This document shows positions 37,127-49,120 of a DNA stretch of 64,000 nt, one piece after another. Numbering within the stretch: position 1 is the stretch's first letter; every line of letters begins with the position of its first letter. Origin of the DNA: Podarcis liolepis. Its lineage: Eukaryota. Below the pieces are notes generated by a model. It worked only from the letters and a program-made list of their open reading frames with translations, was not told where the DNA came from and did no database searches. The translations under genes were made by a program, and so were the position numbers. Location: the NCBI GenBank assembly GCA_965112155.1, contig OZ218100.1. One strand, given 5' to 3'.

Positions 37127-38619
37127 TACACACCTTGTGTATTACACACCTTGCCTGGAAATTCACTTACAAAGCTTTTCTGCTATTCTCTTAGTTCCGC
37201 CCCATAAGATTTTATTAAAGTTTTTTCATAATACAGTAAGATAAAAGAAACAAATCTAAATAAAAACAAAAACAGGGAGAGAAAGAGAGAAGAAAACACA
37301 GAGTCCTTTCTCAAAGGTACCTCTTAACCCTTGTCACGAACAGAAAGTGGTGGGAACCCCCCCCCCCCAGCTCTCACCTGGGAGCTTTCTTTTCTTCTCC
37401 CAGCAAGTATGTCAATGAAAATGTTCAGAACAGAAGGTCGTATAATCCATTCACACTGCGAAATCACAACTGTTCTCATGTAGTAATGTCTAACATGTTG
37501 AAATTACATAGATAACATTTCTATAATCAAGCAGCATTTATAAATGTTATGAGGGCAATTTGTTTCTGCCATGTGTCAATGTACTTTAATGCAATTTTCA
37601 ATAGCTACATGTCACACTGAAAACGAAGATTGAGCTGTTTGGACGTCTATTGACTGAAATAATATAAGTGATCATTTGCTAATAATTAATTCTATGCCCC
37701 ACTGGGACGAATTACACTGCTTGAAAGGGAAGCAATACAATAACAGTGACAGGTTTCCCTGAACAGTGAAATCTTTTAGCACATATCGCAAAAATGCATC
37801 CATAAATCTATTATTTTGTTCTGCATGTGTTGCTATTTTCTCATTGATTTGATCAAACCTGTCAATAAACCATGTTTTCCACCATTACATTGTTCATAGT
37901 CAAGAGACAGGGTGGCACCATAAAAGTAATGGGGGATTTCTCAGAAAGGGTGAGCTTTAGCCACATTTTAGATTTCTGGAAAAGAAGTAATCTGAATCGG
38001 ATTTTCTTTCATGTAAGTTCTGTTGAATTTGACGGAGTTAACTTTCAAGTACCATAGTGGCCTGAATATAAGCCTCACTCTTTCCCCCCCAAATTCTGAC
38101 ACACAGTTGCATCTTGCATTCTGTTCAGGATGTGAAGGGGGCTCCAGAACGGATCCTGTTCACACCCTGAGGTACCACTGTACAATAAATATTGGAGCCT
38201 TATATTTCTAGTTTATGATTCAGATACAATTTGGAAGTGGAAAATGTCTTCTTGTCAAGTGACCAATCATGGAGCTAGTTTGATGATTTGTCCGAGAGGC
38301 TGTTTGCCCCATACCTTTCTGGTGCAGCTTATGGAAAGAGAACCTGACTAAGTCAAAGAGAAGACATGGATGTGCTTGCCACTAAGGACTTGGTTGGCTT
38401 AGTGGGTCACAGGTTGTTTAACCTCCTCTACAGCCTCTATGCCTTTGGATCTTTGAAAAGCCTCTCATTAAGTGAGGAAAACCAGGATATTCCAGATTTT
38501 TAGCAATGGTGGCAATGCACCATTGACTTAGCAGAACAGTAAGAGAAATACAGGTTGTTGGCATTGGCTTGCATTCAGACTGTTGTCTGAGATTAGTTAT
38601 GGACAGGAGGGCAGTCAAT

Positions 38620-39391
38620 ACTGAAGCCGAATCCCAATAAGATGAATATGTTGTTGGTGGGTGGTCTAGCAATGTTGGAAGATAATGTTTGGTTAGTTTT
38701 GAGGAGGGTTGCACTCCTTCTGAAGGATGAGGTTCCTAAGCCTGGGATGTCATTAGATTTTTACTTTTCTGTGGAGGCCCAAGTTGCCTTGAGGTCACTA
38801 GATGACTTTTGTCCACTATATTGATGAATCACTATATTCAGGACCAAGATAGCCTAGTCACAGTTATTCATAATGTGCTAACATCCCACTTGGTTTGCTG
38901 CAACCTGTTGTACATGGGGCTGTCATTGATGACAGCTTAGAAACTGCAGTTGGTACAAAATCTGTAGAAAGACTGATAATTGGTACCATTGGAATACACC
39001 TCACCAGTTTGAAAACAACTGTGCTGGTTTCTAATTTACTTCTGGCTGCTGAATGGCTTGGGTATAGGGTATATTAAGTGCTTTCAACACATATCTGACA
39101 AGTTACTATTACAGTATCTTTCTTTGATCCCCTCACCTTCAGCTGTGGTTCCCTGACTTTCCTATACTGTCCTCAAGGAGACATCCTTTCAGGGCCAGGC
39201 GAAGACCTTTTTTATTCACCCATATATTTTAGCTGTTGGGATTTTATGCATTGCTTTTAATCTGGCTTGAATTGTTTTAGTTTTCCACTGCTCTTACTGT
39301 GTTTATTATTTTCTCAGGTTGTTTTACTATGTTAAATTTATGCTAGCTGCTCTGAGAGTATATTGTCTGAAGGGTGGGATATGAATTTTCC

Positions 39392-39431
<40 letters not shown>
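38620..39431 (+). mobile_element. Degraded L2 LINE 3' portion with (AAGT)n tail
   Basis: gggttgcactccttctgaaggatgaggtt (GVALPLK.QV motif), gaaactgcagttggtacaaaat (KLQLVQN), T-rich UTR, gaagggtgggatat end, then (AAGT)n at ~39390-39431. Confidence 0.75.
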
Positions 39432-39779
39432 GCCCTGTCATGGAAACAAGCAATGGGATGCCCAAGAGTGAAAACTGGTGTCCCAGTGAGAATAACGAGT
39501 CATATCAATGCAATTGGTAAAAAGATCTCTAGCACTGAGCCCACATGCACAAATAACTTGTCCAACCTTGTTCATAACTGATCCTAGGAGAGCATGTGGG
39601 ACTCTAGTATTTTTTAAATGGTGATCTGTATCTTTTCAACTGCATCAAATCTTAAGCACCAGCAGAACAGATACTCTCAATAGTCACACTGCCTGCTATT
39701 TGATTTAGCATAAAAGGTCTTGGAAGTAGGGGACTTGGTAGTGGTAGCAAAATTTAATTTCAGAGAAATGTATGGATAG

Positions 39780-40300
39780 AATGAAATTAATCGAGATATG
39801 ACTATCCAACCATGACTCACTGCCCTCAGCCAAGGACGCTACTCAAGGATATATTATCCCCACCAGAATCCTCCCCCCGTCACGTCTTCTGTAGGATATT
39901 ATTTTATGTCCAAAGTGTATCTGGTTGTCTATTATTTCCCATGCTTCTATCTGAAATACAGTTGCCCATTGTCCTCGACAACATACTCCTGTTTTCAATT
40001 CAGAGCATTCCCTTTTATGTGCTAGAGATGTCTCTTGTTTAATTGGATCACTTTATTTTCTTTTCACAGATCATTTCAGTTTTTTATGATATTCCCTTTA
40101 CTTTTTGTAATATAGCTTTGCAGCAGAAATGTTATTGTTCAGGTTGAGACACATTTTCTATTCTAAGTCTATTCTCAGCCACTTGAAACAGTTCCAAAAT
40201 ATTTCTTTTAAAGTGAAGGCTTTTTTTTTAATGCTTGGTCTTCAATTCAGAGAGGTATTTGAAGTTACATAAGCCTCCTACACCCAATACTAAAGAAAAA
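39780..40300 (-). mobile_element. Possible very degraded L1 ORF1-region fragment
   Basis: A-rich minus strand with a remnant 'AENRLR' resembling the L1 ORF1 ENRSRR motif. Weak support, approximate boundaries. Confidence 0.3.
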
Positions 40301-40687
40301 CAGTTTTCCTATCAACTAAGTAATTGAATGCTCTTTTCACAATCTGATAATTCTGTAGTTTTGTTTTAAAACCTCAAATATGAAATATGTATCGCATCTG
40401 TTAGGGGGAGAGTGACTAGGCTGTACAGTTCAGAATATTTTTTTTAAAAAAAGAATAACCAAGGTTCTTCACATATTTACAACTCATACACAGGAATAAA
40501 ATTAATGGAGGGCATCTCTGCATAGCACAAGTTTCATTAGATTATCAGAATTAGGATTATGCTGAAGACTCCAAACTATATGTTTGAAATAAATTCAAGC
40601 AATCAGCCATCTAACTGTGAACCTGCTGGGCTGCAAATGGACATGGCTGAGGCAATTACCAGGATCTGCACAGACTTCAGGCAGGGC

Positions 40688-40955
40688 TTACTGCCCAGTC
40701 GAAAAAACAAGGTCCAGAGTGTGGCCTGCCATGTGTGTTGGGCCAGTGACATGTTGGGAAAGCCCCATGGTTGTCATGGCGGCCATGAAGTCCTGAGCCA
40801 CCCCAGAGTCAGCTGCCTCAGAATGGATGTTGAAGTCTCCCAGAACCAGAAGACTGGGAGTCCTCAACACCACCTCTGAGACCAGCTTTGTCAGCTGAGG
40901 CAGGGAGACTGCTGGGCAGCGAGGTGCTAGTAGTACAGGGCAGCAGGGATCCTGC
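40688..40955 (-). mobile_element. L2/CR1-clade LINE endonuclease (APE) fragment
   Basis: ORF 40688..40873 reads LLVLGDFNIH...GLSQHVTGPTHMAGHTLDLVF, containing the GDFN and PTH..GHTLDL motifs of LINE AP endonucleases. Confidence 0.9.
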
Positions 40956-41389
40956 TACAAGTGTTTGTCCTCAAACGTACAGAGTCCAGTGGAGAGAGGC
41001 ATAGTGATGAGATGGATGATGGGGTGGGCAAAACTAGCAGACATGTCTCTGCTCTCCCTCACAGCGGCATGGTGCCTGAAATGGGCCAGTATTTCATGAA
41101 GAACCAGGTTTTAGGGTCTAGTTTCTTTCATTTAGGACTCCCACATACATTTGTGTTTAAGGCCGCACTAGTGGATCACAATTGCTTAATTGGTGCCATT
41201 TGGGGACTTTCTGTCTGATTATGAGCTGCTATAATCTTACTATATCTGAATGCACTGTAAAACTGTCTTATGGGTCATTTCAAAAGATTAAGTGACAGCC
41301 AAGGAGGTCGCTCTTTGTGTTTGTCTTATCAAAAGTTTAAGCAAACACAAACTATAAATCCTGGGTCAATAGGCTCACTCTAATCCTCC

Positions 41390-41470
41390 AAGGTGCTACT
41401 GGAAGGATTTATTTTTTTTAATTTTGTTTCGACTACGGCAGACCAACACGGCTAGCAACCTGTAACTAGA
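41390..41470 (+). mobile_element. Penelope-like element terminal fragment, 81 bp
   Basis: aaggtgctactgg...gcagaccaacacggcta is the reptile Penelope end motif. Flanked by an 11-bp direct repeat tctaatcctcc (41379-41389, 41471-41481). Confidence 0.75.
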
Positions 41471-42670
41471 TCTAATCCTCCTCTTTATCTTGTATTTCCA
41501 CCTTTTTCCATTTCTTAAATAGCTCTCGCATACAGTGATATCGTAAGATGAATGCAAAGCACTCTTTGTGAAATGCCTTTTGTGTGATGCACTAGAGAAG
41601 TTTAGTTAGATTTCAATGTATTTCTTTTATATTTATTATTAGCAATATTCATCATTCAGACCATGTGCCTTATTCCTGCTCACATGTGAAACGTTTGTAG
41701 ATGATTGCTCAGATCAGGCTGTTCTATAATTGGGATCCTGTCGTTGGTCTCTGTCACTCCCAGTCAGTCCATAGCCTCAGCTGATTGCATTAATGTTTCA
41801 TTTTCTGTGACTCAGTGATGCACCTCTTTGTTCAAAGCAAAAGCTCACTACTTTTGTCCTCAATTATGTTAATTTTTAGATTCATCTTGATTTGCCTTAT
41901 CTGTTTTCAGATGCAGTCAGTTGAAAATGATACACTGTCAGTGGGAGAGTAGAAAATGCCCCTTTATGCCCTGGAAAGATTCTCTGAGAATTTGAGCATT
42001 TTTATAATAATATGAAGTGTTCAACCCCAGCATTTCTGTTCACTTCCTCTGACTGACATCTTTCACATGAAGAGAAGGAGCACATGCCCACAGGTAGTTT
42101 TTTTTTTGTTAATGGCATTCTCTTTGATATTGCAATTTAACCCACTGAAAATTTCTCTCACCTGGCCATATGGCTTAGCTATCTTTCCTTCCCACCATGT
42201 TGTCTCTAGTGCTTCAAAAGCCCTAAGATCCTTGAAGACCTCACCGGGAAGAGGAAGTGCTTGCTTCTCTAGATAGCTTCAGGTGCTATGCATCTTTAGA
42301 CAGTACCTGAAGTCAGCAAGGGGACAACCTTTCTGAGAAGACTCTGCAACCCCAGCCAGTGATCTCTAATTTAAGAGCTGAGTGCTATCAGCAAAACAAG
42401 ATTAGAAAGCTTATAAAAAATTGAAAGACGGATCACACTACAAAAATATGGCAGGGCATCGGACTTCAGCTTTAGCTGCATTTCTGGTCCCAATTCCATG
42501 CCTTCATCCAGAAATGTATTTTCCCTCTGCCATTAATTAATTCTTGGTTGTAGCTTTCTTTAAATACATAGAGCAAAAAAAAAAACCACACAAAAAAACC
42601 ACAGCCAGCTACAGCCTCTGGCTGTGGAACTAGTTCTTTGTCACACTGTTCCTGACAGTGTGTGCAAAGG

Positions 42671-42673
<3 letters not shown>

Positions 42674-42705
<32 letters not shown>
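42674..42705. repeat. (CA)n microsatellite
   Basis: Direct reading. Confidence 0.95.
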
Positions 42706-42706
<1 letters not shown>

Positions 42707-44100
42707 CCTCCGCCTCCAAAGGAAGTTCACTGTATCCTGCGTTATGCCTGGATCACCCTCTTTCCTGTAGCCAACTTTCCTGCCCAGTATTTCTTTTTGC
42801 AGTGCTTCCAGTAAGCAAATGTATCAGTAATATATTATGGGTAAGAGATACAGAATTACTTATGTTACTATTACATCTTTGAACCTAGGAACTTAAATAT
42901 CCATATGCACTATACATATGTGGATGGGCTTAAAGGATTCTCACTATTTTTTATACATCAGATTTCACCAGTCTGGTTTCCAGATTATTTGGACTAAACT
43001 CCCATCAGATCCAGACAGCTTGGGACATGTTTGAAGCTTTATTTTCAACTTCTACAGATTCCATTCCATTCTGTCTACATCTTACCCATACTGGTGGAAA
43101 AACACTGCTAGGAATAACTACAAATCTTGGTGCAGTTGACAGGTATAGGTAAAATTATCTGTTTTTTACTTATTTTAAATCCAAATAGAGAAACAGACAT
43201 GCATTCAGCCTCTAAACTGTGTTTTGCCATTTCTCAGAAGGAGAATAATTAATATGACCTACACTCTTAATAATGGAAATGTGGTTTCAGACTGCTATAT
43301 GTTGTCAGATCTGACATCTGAATTTTACATCTGCCACTGGATTATTTGGTTGCAGAACAGCACGGCACATATACTGGAGATAATAATAATGTCATTTGGC
43401 AGTAGTATGGCATGTTAATTGCATTGCACTATGGTGAAGCGAGGGCGACATTAAGGCTTATCAACACTCGCCCATGTTGAAGGCTCTAGTGTTTTCTTAC
43501 AGATCACTGCAAACCATGTTAGACATTACCAGAAAAGAGTATTTCAGTTATCCTAGAGAAGCATGTCATATTTTAGCAATGAAACAACTTGCTTAGAAAG
43601 AGAAGCATAATGTGTCAACAAGATGGAATTCCACTTTCTACAGGCTAGAGTGCCCACTCAGTAGAAGAAAGCTATACATGATTACTGCCTAGAGCCTGTG
43701 GCATAATGCAAGCAACTCAGCATTTAGCAATAGTGGAAAATGTCTGTCTCATTTTCATTCCCCTTGAAAAAAAAAGTCGCAACATGATGTCCTGAAACAA
43801 TTCTGCTGTGAGCCAGCTCTTTAATCTCAGCAACGTCCTCCAATGTTACCTTGCCCATAATAATATATTTATAGCACATTTTCTTAAGAGTGCGAGTTGG
43901 AACAAAATGAATAAGGGGTAGAGAATCCACAGCACAAGGAAAGAGAAATCTCTTTTATTTTACTACTTAAGAATTGATATCCTTGTTGTTTGCGCTTTAA
44001 AGACTTACAAATGGACTAAGGAATTCTTGCCTCATGCTTAAACATACTTAAACATTAGCATTACCCCACAGATGATGGTGATGATGGTACTATTACTATG

Positions 44101-44135
<35 letters not shown>
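44101..44135. repeat. (AAC)n microsatellite
   Basis: Direct reading. Confidence 0.95.
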
Positions 44136-46516
44136 GCTGGGATGGATGAGCTAACTGTTAGGTGGATTGGTAACTGGGTTACTTTTGAAAATTGCTTTTA
44201 TTCTCTAGTTATGGTAAGTATTGTAAGCAGATTTGAAGCAAGATTCGAGAAATGGGCCAACAAATGAATTGAACAGTCTCATTATTGGGATGCATCCATG
44301 CATTTCCAGGCAATGTCAATTTTGCATGTGTTCATTCACAAGTCAAATCCATTCTAACGTTAATCTGCACCTAAATACGTATTTTTACTACAAAGTATGT
44401 ACAAAACCAATTTTTATCCCAACATATACATGCATTTTATCCTAAAACGTGCATTCTTAATGAATTCAGGTAATTTTCTGATTCAAGAAATATATCACAA
44501 GTTCAGAGAAGCATGAAATCTAAAGGATAATTATGTATTCATCAGCACATTTGTCCAGGAGACGTGGATCAGATCAGTTTGCATTTGGAATTCACAAAAC
44601 TAGAATCAATGTGCATAGAAATATACCTAGATATTGTGTTGGATGCTGACTGCATACAATTCAGAGATGCAATTTTCTCTTATTGCATTGCAGCAGCAGC
44701 ACCTGCCAGCATCAAGAACACTCCACAGGTCTCCAAGAATCTTATTCAATCTCTTGTTTTACACTTTCATTCCATAGCAACAAATTAAAATTAGTACTGT
44801 GAATACTGATAGGGGCGTGAGCTACACATGTACCTGATAAAATAGCATTTGTAATAGGCAGACCATGTATTCTTCCTTGATACTCAGGCCTAACCTTATC
44901 AGGAATGGAACTTCTTCCCCTTTGAACAGTAAACATCCTTTTGATATATAGCAAGCAATATGCTAGTCTAGTACAAAACAAGACAAAGGTGCTTTATTTA
45001 TTGAGCTCTCATGAGCCTTGATTACTCCAGCTTTTTCAGCAGTCAGGCTAGGTGGCACAGAGTGTAACAGCTTCCATATTTTCTTGCTGGTTTCCCATGT
45101 TAAAGACGTCAGTGCTTTACATCTCAGCTATGAAAGCGAGAAAGATTGGTCTGATGAATAGCAATGAAGGCAGAAGAACAATGCGTAATGGTAATCCCTT
45201 GGGAAATCAAATTATTGTTTTTATGAGTGAAAATAAAAAGGATTAGCCAACAGCAAAGCTAGGAAATCACTCTCAGGTATGCGGCATGCAAAATATATAT
45301 TTTCAAAACTAAATCTGAGTCCAAATGAACCTTATAGAGGATACACATTGTCTAATATCATTTTCCTAAATATATATTCAGCAGCTCCACAAGGGTAACG
45401 GGTAACACAATGGGGGGGGTCACTTAAATAGGGCTATCATACATCCTTTACAACAAAGAACATTATATTAGGAATATGTTTGTTATCCCTGAACACAACA
45501 CCTGTGTCTAATGGCTCAGTTTGAACTCTAAGGTAAACTGTGGCTTACCACAAAAGCAGAGAGATTGTGGCTGCTTCGCTTCTCCTAGAGTTCTGTTGCA
45601 GAGAGCAAAGCCATGGTTTGTCTCCTTCAGCTTTACCTTGTTCCCAAGCAGGGAATATGAGATGAGTATGTTTGGAATTTCCCACCATTTAAAAGTGACA
45701 TGCCACACACACAAATGTTTGCTTATGATAAAAACCTTGACATGCTCGTTTTCCATGAACAGAGACTCTGATGCAACCCCACCCATCCTGAAGTGGCTGG
45801 ATCACCTTCCCCCTCTAAATGCTTGGGTTAGGTTTAAGATGTTGGTGACTCCTGAGATCCAGAGCCAAAAGCAGCTATCTAAAGGGCCTGCTGCATAGCC
45901 CCATTGTTCTTACTTGATGAATGGAGGGTGCTGCTGTCTGACAGAGCTATTGCTAATGAAACAAGGGAAGAGGCAGAGGCAATCTCTCTGTTTGGTTTGG
46001 ACAACATTTATTTAAAACGAGCTTTCATTTGGCACTGTCATGTTATCTGCATTATTCTTCATCGATCTGCTCAAAACACACGGCATCGTTTTACTTACTT
46101 GACTCTTTCGCACCCTGCCCCTCCCCAGACCTGTTTAAATAGAGTGCTGCTTATAACAAATCCTTTGGCTCCAGAACCTTTACCGTTTTGCTGACTGCTG
46201 GGAGTTTTAAAGAGAGTCAAAGCTCTTGGCTTGTCATTTGCACAGCCCCACTCTTCACTGTAACTACTTAGATCAGCAACTTCACAAACCAATTAAAGCA
46301 AAGCATTCTGGGACAGACATACTCTACATGACAAAGTGGTCATTTCTGCGCTGCAGCAGTGAATTATTATTATTATTTATTGGGATCTGCTCATTCTGCC
46401 ACGAAGAGCAGCTCAGAGTCACCAGTGAGACAGAGAAATTCAGATACCCCCCTCCACCCCTCCTCTACTTCACAACCTTAACTGATAGTCATAGAACTAT
46501 TGGGAATTTTTCTTAC

Positions 46517-46666
46517 CCCACAGCCCATTCCATTGCTTGGCTCACAAACTATCTTTCTGACTTCTGGTTCAGGAAGCAGACCGGCTCCACATCCTGGGGT
46601 AGGACATAGGACGCCACCCATCTGCAGAACACACTCTTCTGCACCATAGCACTGGTAACGGTTGTA
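46517..46666 (-). CDS. PRKN: Parkin coding exon equivalent to human exon 9 (helix H3 + IBR domain)
   Basis: Minus strand reads ttttctcctttgcag|TACAAC...GGCTGTGGG|gtaaga. The 150-nt, phase 0-0 exon translates [50 protein letters not shown], matching human Parkin ~312-361 with IBR Cys 332/337/352/360 kept. It lies within ORF 46478..46705. Confidence 0.98.
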
Positions 46667-47987
46667 CTGCAAAGGAGAAAAAAAAATGTGCTGCTTTATC
46701 AGCATTTAAACATTTCGAACATACCTTCCACTAATTTATCCAGGTAACCAGGGGCTGAAAAACCACCTTGCTGCATATGAGTGGTAAAGAGTTTCTGAGC
46801 CCATCACAAGTAGGATTTGGAGTTCAGAGATATCCCTTTTTGCCTCTTTCCTGCTAGCTGTGCAGTTTCTGTTTCTGCAGCAGTCCAGAAGCTTTTGCTT
46901 CTTTCTTAGATGAACCATTGCTTGCTGCAGGCTCTGTTCGCACATGAGAAGTCAAACCATGGCTTACTGCAAACACACAAAAGTGCAGGCTCCCACAGTT
47001 CCCTGATGCTGTGTTCCTTCTCAGTTCTTTTAGCTCAGCGGCACTGCATGGAAACCAAGCCAAAGTGTGTTGTCTGAACATAGGATCATTGTGAAGCTCT
47101 TTCCTCTGTTACTAATACCTGTAATCAAGGTTTAGCTTACTGCGCTGTGCAAACTGGGACATGTAGTCCAAACCTGGAAAAACTGTGGTTAATCTTAACT
47201 ATGGTTAGCTGAAACTACCCAGCTCTCACCCATAGTTTATGAAGCTGGTTTATTTCAACTAACCACAGTTTTGGGTTCAGATGACATGCTAAACTACAGT
47301 TAATCTAAAGTAAGTGAAAGTAGAAGCTTCTGATTCCCTCTTTATGGCCACAACGAAGCAGAAGAGGGAGCTCATAGTTTAGAATTATATCAGAACACAG
47401 CCATGCTATTCCTCTTGAACAGAAAGGCTGATAATCACAGCTACCCCAGCTCTGCAATGCCTCCCATGCTTTGACAGAGCAGAAAGGGTATGGTTAAAGG
47501 TGGGGAGATAGTGTAAGTCTATCTCAAACACATCTGAAAGTCTGCGCCACACATGCTGCAGCTAAAGAGCTGCCAAAATTTCTGTTATCATTCTGCACCT
47601 GAAGTAAAAAGCTTCCAGTGTGATATAAAGGGCATTGCTGTTTTGTTTTTTTAATTTTCATGTACAAACAATACTTTAAAAAATAATCAAATCTGCTTTT
47701 GTAAGTTATAAGCAAGAAAATTGATTTACTGGGTTTGATTTGGAGGGAAAGTTGTATTTTGTCAGGGAATTTGACGTTTTCTACTGGCTCAGTATAGAAA
47801 TCATGCCAAATAATTAAACTATTACTGTATTGCACTGTCAAGGTTTTTTTTAAAAAAATTGTGCTACCCAAGGCAACTAAACAGGTGCATCTGAAAAGAG
47901 AAGATCCTGCTAAATGCATTCACAGGTTTTACTCTCAAGTGACCAAGCTGTCTCCTGCCTTTGAATCTGAAGTATGTTTTCAAGGTA

Positions 47988-48229
47988 CAGTGGTACCTCG
48001 GGTTACAGACGCTTCAGGTTACAGATGCTTCAGGTTACAGACTCTGCTAACCTAGAAATAGTACCTCGGGTTAAGAACTTTGCTTCAGGATGAGAACAGA
48101 AATCCTGCTCCGGCGGCGCGGCAGCAGCAGGAGGCCCCATTAGCTAAAGTGGTACCTCAGGTTAAGAACAGTTTCAGGTTAAGAACAGACCTCCGGAACA
48201 AATTAAGTTCTTAACTTGAGGTACCACTG
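47988..48229 (+). mobile_element. Tigger-like MITE, 242 bp (same family as 330-571)
   Basis: TIRs CAGTGGTACCTCGGGTTA / TAACTTGAGGTACCACTG with TA TSDs (47986-47987, 48230-48231). Confidence 0.93.
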
Positions 48230-48744
48230 TACCTCTTTTTCATTTTGGTCCCTTTTAATTCCTCCCCGCCCCCGCCCAAATATTATGTAGTCTTGTCTGA
48301 ACCAGCGTATCACTGTAAGAAACAGCTGTACTGTTGTGAAATAAGCTACTTTCAAACGGGTTGAATAATTCACGCTTTCAATCATACCTCCTTGCCTTAA
48401 AGGGGCATTAAATAATAATTTTTGAGACTGATTGTTCAAAAACAGTCCCATGTAAGCATGTACAGCATGGCAGTTGTTTTTTATTTATTTGTTTGTTTGT
48501 TCATCATCATCATCATTCCCCCTTTTCCTCTGGTGGGATTCAAGGTGGCTTACAAATAAAAATAAGAACTGCTGAAAACAGAGACAGGAAATTATTTACA
48601 ATTGGCACATAACAGTAACAGTGGTACAGCTTTGTTAGCAACATAATTATACATAGACACATACATCCTAATCTAGTATCTCTTAGGTTGTTCTCCAAAA
48701 GAGGCGGGCAGGTCAGCCCCTATCTGCTTGGGTTCCAACAGCCT

Positions 48745-48748
<4 letters not shown>

Positions 48749-48797
<49 letters not shown>

Positions 48798-49120
48798 TTA
48801 TTTATACCCCTCCCATCTGCCTGGGTTTCCCTAGCCACTCTGGGAGGCTCCCAACCGAATATTAAAAACACAATACAGCATTAAACATTTAAAACATCCC
48901 TAAACAGGGCTGCCTTCAGATGTCTTTTAAAAGTAAGATAATTGCTTATTGCCTTGACATCTGATGGGAGGGCATTCCACAGGGCAGGCGCCACTACCAA
49001 GTAGGCCCTCTGCCTGGTTCCCTGTACCCTCACTTCTTGGAGTGAGGGAACAGTCAGAAGGCCCTCAGAGCTGGACCTCAGTGTCCGTGCTGAACGATGG
49101 GGGTGGAGATGCTCCTTGAA
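48749..49120 (-). mobile_element. L2 LINE, 5'-truncated 3' end; its repeat tail reads (AAT)n on the plus strand
   Basis: ORF 48881..49174 (...RTLRSSSEGLL...RAYLVVAPALWNALPSDVK...TFKRHLKAALF) is the L2 ORF2 C-terminus. (AAT)n at 48749-48796. Confidence 0.9.

Noticed and set aside
46226-46609. 127-aa antisense ORF overlapping exon 9
   Set aside because: Non-ATG start and no recognisable protein. A shadow of the real exon.
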